From assembly GCA_043747615.1 (NCBI GenBank), contig JAYTOU010000057.1:64001-128000 (forward strand): a stretch of DNA of 64,000 nucleotides, given 5' to 3'. Positions 52,485 through 61,430 of this stretch are shown one piece after another. This DNA is from Myxococcales bacterium. Its GTDB lineage: Bacteria; Myxococcota_A; Polyangia; Polyangiales; Polyangiaceae. The translations under genes were made by a program, and so were the position numbers. Below the pieces are notes generated by a model, which saw only the letters and a list, made by a program, of their open reading frames with translations, was not told the origin of the DNA and ran no database searches. Position 1 is the stretch's first letter. Each line of letters opens with the position of its first letter.

Positions 52485-52501
52485 TGCATTCCTCCTGCCA
52501 A
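52485..52501 (-). promoter_or_regulatory. Sigma54 promoter TTGGCAGGAGGAATGCA
   Basis: TTGGCA..., GG-N10-GC; predicted +1 within about 2 nt of ATG 52472. Confidence 0.6.
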
Positions 52502-52758
52502 CCCAACAGGCCCACGAAAGGCATCCCAAACCCGCCAAAGACGCAGGCCTGGAATAATTTTCCGCGCGCGTCCGGGATCGCGCGAAGCCAGGTGGTGGAT
52601 TAGTCGCCCAGTCGGTCGGCGGCTTTCTCGAGCGCGTCGCGCGGATTTTCGAGCACAGCGGTGCCATGCGCAACGCACACCCCACGCAGCCCCTCGGTGC
52701 GAGCCATCGCGCGCAGCCAACCCTGAAAGAGCGCGCGCTCCTTGAGGAGACGTGGCCA

Positions 52759-53721
52759 TCACCGTCGGGGTTGCGCTGCTGGCGCGCTACTGGATTCGGG
52801 ATCGAAGCGAGCACGCGTCTCGAGGAATCGTTCAATCTCCGGGATGACGTCCCCCGGCCGTTCGATCATCGCAAAGTGGCTCGCGCGCTTGAGGCGGAGG
52901 TGAGTGGCGTTCGGAAGGCGGCGGGCGATTTCGTGCGACTGAAATGCGGGAGTGAGGACGTCGAACTTCCCGCTGATGACGAGCGCCGGCGTTTGGATGT
53001 ACGGCAAGAGGTGGTAGACGGAGTGCGCGTCGAGCTCCTGAAAAAGACGCATGTAGTTCGGAAAGCTCGGACCGAGTACGTCGTCGTAGTAGCGGCGAAG
53101 AAGAGGCCGCACGTCCTTGCTGCGTGAGCCGAGAGCCACCCGAAGCGCGGCCGCCGTGGGGAGCTCGAAGAGGCGGGTGACAGTCGTCAGCGTCTTGGCG
53201 AGCTCAGGATGCTTCTGCAAAAATTCGATGACCGCGTGAAGGCGCTTCGGCAAGAACGGCACGGCAAAAAGAGGCTGAAACCCCGTTTGCAGAACGTGCC
53301 CGTAGGTGCCGTTGATGAGCACGAGACCAGCGACGAGCTCAGGACTGGTCGCCGCCACGTCGAGTGAAACCTGAACGCCCATGCTCCACCCGATGAGCAC
53401 GGCGCGCCCGACGCTCTCCGCGCGCAAGATGGCCTCGGCGTCCTCGACGTGATGACTCAGCGCAAGGCGCCGGCTTCCCGTGGCGACCGTCGCGGAGTCG
53501 AACAGCCCGCGGTAGTCCCAGGTGATCAGGCGATGCGTGCGCCAAAACTTGTCGATGAGCGGCTGCCACGCGTAGAGTCGGCCGCCCAGGCCGTTGGCGA
53601 GAAGGAGCGTCTTCGTTCCTTCGCCGAGCACTTCGTAAGCGATGGTCGTTCCGTCAATCGAGACGGTCTTGCCCGGCCGAAGCGTCTTCTGCCATTCGGC
53701 TGCGGGCGCGGCGTCGACCAT
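52759..53721 (-). CDS. Alpha/beta hydrolase
   Basis: ANGLGG, WDYRG, GWSMG, G.FD.LTP, SH. Confidence 0.88.
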   Translation of the reverse strand: MVDAAPAAEWQKTLRPGKTVSIDGTTIAYEVLGEGTKTLLLANGLGGRLYAWQPLIDKFWRTHRLITWDYRGLFDSATVATGSRRLALSHHVEDAEAILRAESVGRAVLIGWSMGVQVSLDVAATSPELVAGLVLINGTYGHVLQTGFQPLFAVPFLPKRLHAVIEFLQKHPELAKTLTTVTRLFELPTAAALRVALGSRSKDVRPLLRRYYDDVLGPSFPNYMRLFQELDAHSVYHLLPYIQTPALVISGKFDVLTPAFQSHEIARRLPNATHLRLKRASHFAMIERPGDVIPEIERFLETRARFDPESSSAPAAQPRR

Positions 53722-53725
53722 GCCT

Positions 53726-54001
53726 CTAGTTTGGGGCGGCCGTGACGATCCGGAAATAGATTTTTCGCGGTGCTCCGCAGGTCACGCAAACCACGTGCGC
53801 TGTGCGGAGCCGCTCGCCTTCGATGGTGTCCGCCGTGTGCTCGTCGACGCGCATCGAGCCCCCGCAGAGCGGACAAGGCATCGAGCGAGCCTGGAGCTCG
53901 ACCAGCGACGCGGAGCTGATTTCCAGTGGATTTCGCGCTGTGCCGCCCACTTCGGCTCGGGCAAGGCGCTCCCGCTCACGGATCACTTTGGCGGCCGCCA
54001 T
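53726..54001 (-). CDS. Small zinc-ribbon protein
   Basis: CPLC...CVTC; coupled to the downstream hydrolase. True start may be further upstream. Confidence 0.6.
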   Translation of the reverse strand: MAAAKVIRERERLARAEVGGTARNPLEISSASLVELQARSMPCPLCGGSMRVDEHTADTIEGERLRTAHVVCVTCGAPRKIYFRIVTAAPN

Positions 54002-54030
54002 GAGCCGTGCGCTTTGCGGTAAGGTCGGGC

Positions 54031-55236
54031 ATGGACTTCTCTCTCCCTGCGCACCTTGGTCCCGTCCTCGAGCAGATTCGCGCCATCGTGGATCAGGACG
54101 TCATTCCGCTCGAAGGCGAGCTCGCTCGTCTCGGTAGCTTCAAGGCCCTCGAGCCGGCGCTCGAAGCGGTCCGCGCGAAAGTGAAAGAGAAGAAGCTGTG
54201 GGCACCGCAGCTCCCCAAAGAGCACGGCGGAATGGGTCTCACGTTGATGGAGCACGCGCGGGTGAGCGAAGAGCTCGGCCGAACGCCGCTTGGTCATTAT
54301 GCGTTCAATTGCCAGGCACCCGATGCCGGGAACATGGAAATTCTCATCGCCCACGGCTCGCCGGAACAGAAGGAGCGCTTCCTCGGCCCCGTCTCGCGCG
54401 GGGAAGCGAGGAGCTGTTTTTCGATGACCGAGCCCGACGTTCCCGGATCGAATCCCACATGGCTGACGACGACGGCGCGAAAAGAAGGAAACGAATACGT
54501 CATCGACGGCCACAAGTGGTTCACCTCATCCGCCGACGGCGCCGCCTTCGCGATCGTGATGGCCGTGACCAACCCCGAGGCCGATCCCCACATGCGCGCG
54601 AGCCAGATCATCGTTCCTTTGAGCACCAAGGGCTTTCGTCTGGTGCGAAACATTTCAGTCATGGGCGAGGCGGGTGACAGTTATTCGAGCCACGCCGAAG
54701 TGGTCTACGAAGGATGCCGCGTTCCTTTGACGAACCTCCTCGGCGGGGAAGGGTCGGGGTTCGTCATCGCCCAGGAGCGCCTTGGCCCGGGACGGATCCA
54801 CCACTGCATGCGCTGGATCGGGATCTGCGAGCGGTCGTTCGATCTGATGTGCAAGCGTGCCGCTACGCGGGAAATGTCTCCCGGAAAAACGCTCGGGCAG
54901 AAGCAGATCATTCAGATGTGGATCGCCGAGTGCCGTGCCGAGATTCACGCGTCGCGCCTGATGGTCCTCCATGCCGCCTGGAAAATGGAGCACGAGGGGG
55001 CCTACGCCGCGCGTGAAGAAATTTCGCTCATCAAGTTCTATGTCGCGAACGTCCTTCAGAACGTCGTCGATCGCGCCATCCAGGTGCACGGCGCGCTCGG
55101 GATGACGGACGACACGCCCCTTGCCCATTTTTACCGGCACGAACGGGCCGCGCGGATCTACGACGGCGCCGACGAGGTGCACAAAGTGGTGGTCGCCAAG
55201 CGCATCCTCCGAGGCTACGGGGTCACCGTGTCATGA
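54031..55236 (+). CDS. Acyl-CoA dehydrogenase (ACAD10/11, LvaC-like)
   Basis: FNCQAPDAGNME, FSMTEP, GHKWF, AQERLGPGRIHHCMR, RIYDGADEVH. Confidence 0.93.
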   Translation: MDFSLPAHLGPVLEQIRAIVDQDVIPLEGELARLGSFKALEPALEAVRAKVKEKKLWAPQLPKEHGGMGLTLMEHARVSEELGRTPLGHYAFNCQAPDAGNMEILIAHGSPEQKERFLGPVSRGEARSCFSMTEPDVPGSNPTWLTTTARKEGNEYVIDGHKWFTSSADGAAFAIVMAVTNPEADPHMRASQIIVPLSTKGFRLVRNISVMGEAGDSYSSHAEVVYEGCRVPLTNLLGGEGSGFVIAQERLGPGRIHHCMRWIGICERSFDLMCKRAATREMSPGKTLGQKQIIQMWIAECRAEIHASRLMVLHAAWKMEHEGAYAAREEISLIKFYVANVLQNVVDRAIQVHGALGMTDDTPLAHFYRHERAARIYDGADEVHKVVVAKRILRGYGVTVS

Positions 55237-56300
55237 CCGAGGTCGAGCTCGACAAGACGCGAGCAGTGCGCGCGGGCGAAGAGCTCGACGTGCCGAAGCT
55301 CGAGGCGTTTCTGGCGAAGGAGATCGCCGACGTTGCCGCGCCGATCGTCGTCGAGCAATTTCCGGGAGGGCACTCTAATCTGACGTACTTGGTAAGCGAC
55401 GCGCGCGGCCGCGAGCTCGTCCTTCGCCGTCCGCCGTTCGGAAATCGGGTGAAGACGGCGCACGACATGGGTCGCGAGTACAAGATCCTGTCGAAGCTCT
55501 CGGTGGTGTATCCGCCCGCGCCGCGCCCTCTGGCGTACACGGAAAACGCTGAAATTCTCGGGTCGCCGTTCTATGTCATGGAACGCATTCGGGGGGTCGT
55601 TCTTCGCCGAGGATCGCCAGTCGTGCTCACGACCCAGACGGCGCGCGCGCTGTGCGAGTCGTTCGTGGACAACCTCGTTCTCCTTCACGCCGTCGACCCA
55701 GCGGCCGCCGGGCTGGGCGATCTCGGGAAGCCCGAGGGCTACATCGCGCGGCAAGTGACGGGGTGGACCAAGCGGTACGCAGACGCGGCCACCGACGACA
55801 TCCCGGAGATGAACGAGATGGCGACCTGGCTCGCCGCAAACCTCCCCGCAGACGGCCTACCGGCGATCATTCACAACGACTACAAGTTCGACAACCTCGT
55901 CCTCGATGCCGGCGATCTCACCAAGATCCGCGGCGTCCTCGACTGGGAAATGTCCACCCTCGGGGATCGTCGCATGGATCTCGGGACCGCCCTCGGTTAC
56001 TGGGTCGAAGCGGGTGACGCCGAGGAGATTCGCTCGTTCGCCTTCGGGCCGACGAACCTTCCCGGGTGCATGACGCGTCGGGAAATCGTGGACCGCTACG
56101 CCGACAAGAGTGGGGTCGACGTCTCGAACATGCTTTTCTACTTTGCCTTCTCGCTCTTCAAAACGGCCGGCGTCGCTCAGCAAATCTACTGGCGCTACAA
56201 ACAAGGGCTCACCAAGGACGAGCGCTTCGGTGCCTTCATCCTCGGTGTGCGCGTCCTCAGCGCTGCCGCGGTGCAAGCGGTTGCACGCGGGGGCATCTGA
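55233..56300 (+). CDS. APH-family phosphotransferase (ACAD10/11 kinase-domain-like)
   Basis: QFPGGHSNLTY, LRRPP, AHDMGRE, HNDYKFDN, LDWEMSTLGD. Confidence 0.9.
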   Translation: MTEVELDKTRAVRAGEELDVPKLEAFLAKEIADVAAPIVVEQFPGGHSNLTYLVSDARGRELVLRRPPFGNRVKTAHDMGREYKILSKLSVVYPPAPRPLAYTENAEILGSPFYVMERIRGVVLRRGSPVVLTTQTARALCESFVDNLVLLHAVDPAAAGLGDLGKPEGYIARQVTGWTKRYADAATDDIPEMNEMATWLAANLPADGLPAIIHNDYKFDNLVLDAGDLTKIRGVLDWEMSTLGDRRMDLGTALGYWVEAGDAEEIRSFAFGPTNLPGCMTRREIVDRYADKSGVDVSNMLFYFAFSLFKTAGVAQQIYWRYKQGLTKDERFGAFILGVRVLSAAAVQAVARGGI

Positions 56301-56415
56301 CTCTCACATTTTCACGAGATCGACGCCCACGCGCGCACCGCCCTCCGCCGCCGCTCTTTTGCCGGGCAAACTCCTTCCCACCCGAACGCGGCTGGGGAGC
56401 TTTACCAGACGACCC

Positions 56416-56625
56416 ATGTCGCGTAGCGCAGATCCCTACCGAGCCAAGCGCCCGCCCGTCTTGCTCGACAGGCACGGTGATCTTGGGAGCATCGCAGCGA
56501 GCGATTCCGGCCGCGCCGATCTCCATGCCAGCACTGTCGGAGAGCGTGAGGTCTACATCGAGATCCTCCGCCGTCGACTGAGCGAGCTTCGAGCGCGCGC
56601 CACGCTCACTCCAGCTCGCCGCTGA
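56416..56625 (+). CDS. Possible 69-aa small protein
   Basis: ATG 56416 in an otherwise empty gap; basic amphipathic C-terminal helix REVYIEILRRRLSELRAR; no recognised family. Confidence 0.35.
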   Translation: MSRSADPYRAKRPPVLLDRHGDLGSIAASDSGRADLHASTVGEREVYIEILRRRLSELRARATLTPARR

Positions 56626-56741
56626 TGGCGTGCACCAGCCGAAACCCGACCATCGCTCTAACCTCCTCGAGGCGCGACATGCGCCTGACGAGGAGAGACA
56701 ATGGGCTCCCGCTGTCAACGTTGTACGAAGAGAACTGTGAA
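56605..56741 (-). ncRNA. Candidate rod-shaped structured RNA
   Basis: Nested stems whose mismatches become G-U pairs on the minus strand; see findings. Confidence 0.4.
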
Positions 56742-56830
56742 GAAGTGTTAGACCAGTTTCATTCGGTAAAACTAGCGTATTTACAGGATGCCGGGTCCGC
56801 CACCTTGCCAACGCCGGTGTCGCAGGCGAA

Positions 56831-56849
56831 CCGCAGGCGCCACCTGCGG
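56831..56849 (-). terminator. Hairpin CCGCAGG-N5-CCTGCGG right after the GNAT stop
   Basis: Perfect 7-bp stem; weak U tract. Confidence 0.4.
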
Positions 56850-57362
56850 CTACGAATGTGAGCTCGGCGCATTTTGGGGCGGCTTCACGGCTTCCCGAGT
56901 CATTTCGAGCATCGTGGTCCGGAAGCCGAAGGAGGCAAAGAGGTGCTGCGCTTCTTCATTTTGCGCGGCCGTGAGAAGGACTACGCGCGGCGCTCCGAGC
57001 GCTTCGAGGTCGTGGACGGCGCGCTCGAGAAGTCGCCTTCCAACGCTCTGCCGGCGGGCGTTCGGGTCGACGTAGATGTCGTGAATCTTTCCGCAGCTCT
57101 CGAGGAGATCGTTCCAGTTGCGAGGCTCGATGCGCGCGTACACGTAGCCGCACAATTTCCCGTCTGCTTCTGCAGCGAGGAGGACGACGCCCTCGGATCG
57201 AAGCTCGCCGGTGAGGTAGCGCTCGTAGCCTTTCTCGAGCCCGTCCACGCACAAGAATCGCTTGGGGTCGATCGCGTAATGAAAGCGCACTAGCTCGGCG
57301 GCAAACCGCGCAATCGTGGACAGGTCTTCGGCGCGCGCAGCTCGGATCGAAACGTCGCTCAT
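56850..57362 (-). CDS. GNAT-family N-acetyltransferase
   Basis: IRAARAED, IHDIYVDPNARRQSVGRRLL, N..A..LF...GF. Confidence 0.9.
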   Translation of the reverse strand: MSDVSIRAARAEDLSTIARFAAELVRFHYAIDPKRFLCVDGLEKGYERYLTGELRSEGVVLLAAEADGKLCGYVYARIEPRNWNDLLESCGKIHDIYVDPNARRQSVGRRLLERAVHDLEALGAPRVVLLTAAQNEEAQHLFASFGFRTTMLEMTREAVKPPQNAPSSHS

Positions 57363-57486
57363 GCGACCTGCGAAGATACGCCTATTCGGGCGAAGAGTGC
57401 TTGAAGCGTCATGTCGATCGCGCGCTGGTACAGACGCACGACCATAAGTCGGCTCGTGCCCTAATAACGGGCAGCCGAAACGGACC

Positions 57487-58422
57487 TTACAGTTGCGAAA
57501 CGCCCGCAATTTCTAGGTCGTCGGCGACCACGGGTAGCTGCGCGATTGCGGCATTCGCTTGCCGGGTGCCCCGCGCCACCATGCGGCGATCGCGAATCTT
57601 GGCGGGCGGCGTCTCGAGATCCCACACCAGGCCGACGACGCCGAGGGCGCGCAGGATGTAGTAGCTCATGTCGATTTCCCACCAGTAAAAGCCCTGTCTC
57701 GCAGACTTCGGGAAGTAGTGGTGGTTGTTGTGCCAGCCCTCACCCATGGTGAGGAGCGCGATCGACAGGCTGTTTTTGCTTTCGTCGGTGGTGGCATAGC
57801 GGCGATTGCCGAGCCAGTGGGCAAGCGAGTTCACGAAGAAGGTGCCGTGCCACAGGAACGATGTGGAAACGAAGTACCCCCACACGAGCGCCCACGGTCC
57901 GCCGATCGCGAAGAGGGCCACGGTGAGCACGAGCGTCGGCAGGAGATGAAAGCGGTTGAGGAAGCGGAGCTCGGGGTACTTCGCAAAATCCTTGATCTGG
58001 TCCCACTCGGTCTCGTTGTACGTGCGCGCGAGAATCCAGCCGACGTGCGACCAGAGGAAGCCGCGGAGCTTCATGGAGTGAATGTCCTCCGCTTTGTCGG
58101 AGAACTTGTGATGGTGGCGGTGATGAGCCGCCCACCACAGAACGCCTTTTTGCGTGCTGGTAGTGGCGAGGAAGGCCATGAGAAATTGCATCACGCGCCC
58201 CATCTTGTAGGAGCGATGCGCAAAGTAGCGGTGGAAGCCCGCCGTGATTCCAAACATGCGCAGGTAGTAGAAGAGGGCAGCAAACGCCGCGCCCTTCCAA
58301 GACCACCCGAGCCACGCCACACCGATGATCGCAGCGATGTGAACGGCGAAGAACGGAATCGCCGCGAACCAATCGATTCGATCCGCTCTCCGTTCGCCCG
58401 GTGCCGCTTGTTCTATGGACAT
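57487..58422 (-). CDS. Delta-9-type acyl-CoA/fatty acid desaturase
   Basis: His boxes HRYFAH, HRHHH, GEGWHNNHH. Confidence 0.94.
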   Translation of the reverse strand: MSIEQAAPGERRADRIDWFAAIPFFAVHIAAIIGVAWLGWSWKGAAFAALFYYLRMFGITAGFHRYFAHRSYKMGRVMQFLMAFLATTSTQKGVLWWAAHHRHHHKFSDKAEDIHSMKLRGFLWSHVGWILARTYNETEWDQIKDFAKYPELRFLNRFHLLPTLVLTVALFAIGGPWALVWGYFVSTSFLWHGTFFVNSLAHWLGNRRYATTDESKNSLSIALLTMGEGWHNNHHYFPKSARQGFYWWEIDMSYYILRALGVVGLVWDLETPPAKIRDRRMVARGTRQANAAIAQLPVVADDLEIAGVSQL

Positions 58423-58510
58423 GGCGTCACCTTAGGTGGGGATTGTCACGGGCTGGTCACCGGGGGGACATTCCATTTCCACGTTGCACCGCCGCCTCTC
58501 GCCGCGGGGG

Positions 58511-58939
58511 CCTAACCCGCACCCCCTAGCCCCCTCTTCAAAGGCGAGGGGGATCGGAGGGGGAGGGGTGAGCAACGATTAGGGTACAGCTCCAAGTTTA
58601 AAGGAGGACCCCCCACCCCCCACAGGGGGGACAGCCCCATCCTCTGGGCGCTTTCCCAAAGGGAAGGAGTACCGGCGAGCGGTGACGGGGGGGGGATGGG
58701 CGCGTCCTGATCAACGTCGCCTTGGGGGTCATGGAACCCCTTGTTTTTGGCGGTCGTTCGAGATCGTTAGCTAGCTCATGATCTTTTGGTGGCGTTCGAG
58801 ATCGTTAGCTAGTTCATGATCTTTTCGATCGTCGCAACGACCCGAGGACGCGCCATCCGGCGGCCGATCTTCGCGAGCGCGTACTCCTTCCCCAAAGGGA
58901 AGTAAGCCCCCGCGGCAGCGGCAGCCTCGCGGCAGCGGC
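58511..58939. repeat. Non-coding element with nested inverted repeats around a 33-bp direct repeat (REP/MITE-like)
   Basis: IRs 58661-58672/58881-58892 and 58694-58708/58845-58858; DRs 58755-58787/58793-58825; long G and C runs. Confidence 0.7.
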
Positions 58940-59922
58940 TAACCCGATTGAAAAAATTGAACAGAGAAGAGACCCGCAGGGTCAGTCCAGACGCGCTGCA
59001 CGGCGAAACCGCTTTTTTCGGCGATGGCCCTCATGCGCTCGAGGCTGAACTTGTGAGAGTACTCGGTGAGGATTGCCTCGCCCTCGTCGAACGCGACCGA
59101 CACGGGGCCGACGTGCGCGACTTGGCGGCAGGTGGAGACGAGGTGCATTTCCACCCGACTCTCAGCCTCGTTGTAAAACGCACGGTGGCGGAATCGTGAG
59201 GGATCGAAGCTGCCCCCGATCTCGTGATTGATCCGGGTGAGGAGGTTCGAGTTGAACGCCGCTGTGACGCCGCGCTCGTCGTTGTACGCCCGCTCCAGGA
59301 CCGCGCGATCTTTTTCTAGGTCTACGCCGACGAGGACCGCACACGGGCGGCCCGCGAGCGTGCGAAGATGCGACAGGAACGTCATCGCTTCGGTGGGGTT
59401 CATGTTCCCGATCGTCGATCCAGGGAAGAAGAAGCACACCTGTGCGACTTCGCGCTTCGGCTTGGGGAGGGCCATCGCCCGCGTGTAGTCCGCGCATACG
59501 GGGAGGACTTCGAGGGACGAGTACGCATCGCAGAGGAGCGCCGCGCTGGCTATGAGGTGCTCGCGCGCGATGTCCACGGGAACGTAAGCGACCGGCGCTT
59601 CGAGCTTGTCGAGCAACAGACGCGTCTTGGTGCCACTGCCGCTGCCAAGCTCGACGATGAGCGCGCCTGGCCCGATGCACGCCGCCATCTCGCTCGCAAA
59701 GGTCTGGAGGATAGCGGTCTCCGTGCGCGTCAAATAGTACTCGTCGAGATCACAGATCTCGTCGAACAAGCGCGAGCCTCGCTCGTCATAGAAGAACTTG
59801 CAGGGGATCGACTTCGGCTGCCGTCCGAGGCCGCGCAGCACCTCGTCACGAAAAGACTCCGGGGTGGGAGCGTAGTCGTAGAGGGTGATCGGCCCGATTT
59901 GCTTCGTCTGAAGTCGCGTCAT
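58939..59922 (-). CDS. egtD: L-histidine N-alpha-methyltransferase
   Basis: KFFYDERGSRLF..I...EYYLTRTE, ELGSG, FPGSTIGN, AYND..GVTAAFN, TEYSHKF. Confidence 0.95.
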   Translation of the reverse strand: MTRLQTKQIGPITLYDYAPTPESFRDEVLRGLGRQPKSIPCKFFYDERGSRLFDEICDLDEYYLTRTETAILQTFASEMAACIGPGALIVELGSGSGTKTRLLLDKLEAPVAYVPVDIAREHLIASAALLCDAYSSLEVLPVCADYTRAMALPKPKREVAQVCFFFPGSTIGNMNPTEAMTFLSHLRTLAGRPCAVLVGVDLEKDRAVLERAYNDERGVTAAFNSNLLTRINHEIGGSFDPSRFRHRAFYNEAESRVEMHLVSTCRQVAHVGPVSVAFDEGEAILTEYSHKFSLERMRAIAEKSGFAVQRVWTDPAGLFSVQFFQSG

Positions 59923-61211
59923 GCGTCCTTCGCGAGACGAATTCCGCTGAACTGCCAGCGCGTCTCCGGAGGAAAGAAATTGCGATACGAAGCCCGGACG
60001 TGACCGCGGGGCGTCGCGCATGATCCTCCGCGAAGCACCATTTGGTTGCACATGAACTTGCCGTTGTACTCGCCGAGCGCACCCTCGACGGGGCGGAACC
60101 CGGGGTAGGGTGCGTAGGGGCTCGCGCTCCATTCCCAGGCGTCGCCAAACATTTGCTGGGGCTCGCGTGTAGTGCTCGCGACTCGCGCCGCAAGGGGATG
60201 CAGGACCTTCGAGTCCGCGAAATTTCCGTCGATGACGAGCCCCGCGGCGGCGTGCTCCCACTCATGCTCGGTGGGCAATCGTACACCTGCCCAGCGAGCG
60301 TACGCGTCCGCTTCGTAGAAGCTGACATGGCACACCGGGGCCGCAGAGTGAACGGCGCGCATTCCGCCGAGCGTCATCTGCGTGTACCAGTTGCCCTGTT
60401 TTTCCCAGTAGAGCGGCGCCGTCCAGGAAAGTGCGTTCTTCGTCGCCCAGCCATCCGAGAGCCACAATTCGGGACGCGCGTACCCGTCGTCGGCGATGAA
60501 CTCGGCGTAATCGCCGCACGTCACGAGGCGCGTCCCGAGCTCGAACGCCGTCAGGAACGTGCGGTGCCGCGGCATCTCGTTGTCGAACGCAAATCCGTCT
60601 CCGTCGTGGCCCGTCCAGACGAGGTCCTCGTTGTAAGCGCGCCACGAAAGAGCGGCAGCCTTCTCTTCGGGCGCCGCCGTGAATTTCGCATGCGCGTAGA
60701 TCGGGCGAAGCGGGTTCGACGCAAACGCATGTTGGATGTCTGTGAGGATCAGCTCTTGGTGCTGCTGCTCGTGGTGCAGGCCGAGCACGATCGCGCTGGT
60801 GGTCTCCGCGCCAAGCGTTCCGTTCATCAGCTCGAGCATCGCCTCGTCGATCGCCGAGCGGTACGCATGCACCTCGGCGACGCTCGGCCGACTCAGCACT
60901 CCGCGCCTCGGACGCTCGAAGCGATCTCCAACGGTCTCGTAGTACGAGTTGAAGAGAAGACCGAACGTCGGGTGATGAGGACGATGATCCGCGAGCGCCT
61001 TGCCGAGCACGAACGTCTCGAAGAACCAGGTGGTGTGCGCGAGGTGCCATTTGAGCGGGCTCGCATCGGCCATCGACTGCACCACGTAGTCCTCGGGGAG
61101 GAGCGACGCACATAGCGCTTCCGACGCCCTGCGAACGCTCGAGTAGCGGGTCGCCAGGGAAGGAGTCACGGAGTGTTCGCTGAGCAAGGCCGCGGTTATT
61201 TGCGCATTCAT
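59919..61211 (-). CDS. egtB: Ergothioneine sulfoxide synthase EgtB
   Basis: ASPLKWHLAHTTWFFE, FNSYY, HEQQHQE, FGE-like C-terminus EYNGKFM...YRNFF. Confidence 0.94.
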   Translation of the reverse strand: MNAQITAALLSEHSVTPSLATRYSSVRRASEALCASLLPEDYVVQSMADASPLKWHLAHTTWFFETFVLGKALADHRPHHPTFGLLFNSYYETVGDRFERPRRGVLSRPSVAEVHAYRSAIDEAMLELMNGTLGAETTSAIVLGLHHEQQHQELILTDIQHAFASNPLRPIYAHAKFTAAPEEKAAALSWRAYNEDLVWTGHDGDGFAFDNEMPRHRTFLTAFELGTRLVTCGDYAEFIADDGYARPELWLSDGWATKNALSWTAPLYWEKQGNWYTQMTLGGMRAVHSAAPVCHVSFYEADAYARWAGVRLPTEHEWEHAAAGLVIDGNFADSKVLHPLAARVASTTREPQQMFGDAWEWSASPYAPYPGFRPVEGALGEYNGKFMCNQMVLRGGSCATPRGHVRASYRNFFPPETRWQFSGIRLAKDA

Positions 61212-61430
61212 GGCAGGGCCAACCAGGCTAGACGTGCACCGCAACTCCTTCAACCGTCGCGATGCCTACGCCGCCGCACGGGGACGGCACGACGGTTGCC
61301 TTGTCGTCGGGATGGCGGTCCTGACGACATCGCCTAGTCGAAGAAAGACCCTGCCTTGCAACGAAGGGGTCTGGCGTCGATGTCACGGTCTGCGTAACCA
61401 CCCGGGCACTTAACTTTTTTAGGAGATCCC

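Noticed and set aside
52560..52650. Large GC-rich fold-back in an intergenic gap (a similar one at about 36553-36660)
   Set aside because: Mostly CG-repeat pairing expected at this GC content; no strand-specific support.
56360..56410. c-di-GMP-I riboswitch suggested by GGGCAAAC
   Set aside because: No GNRA loop and no second GCAAA/P3 element.
56300..56850. Pxr sRNA, since it neighbours a GNAT gene
   Set aside because: The region is downstream of the GNAT and has no adjacent sigma54 activator, so the known Pxr synteny is absent.
58755..58825. CRISPR array from the 33-bp repeats
   Set aside because: Only two copies separated by 5 nt and no cas genes; this is a tandem duplication.
58650..58901. 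Retron msr-msd flanked by inverted repeats
   Set aside because: No reverse transcriptase gene in the window.
59919..61211. Selenoneine (SenA) or ovothiol (OvoA) synthase
   Set aside because: No senB/selD neighbours and no fused methyltransferase; motifs fit EgtB.
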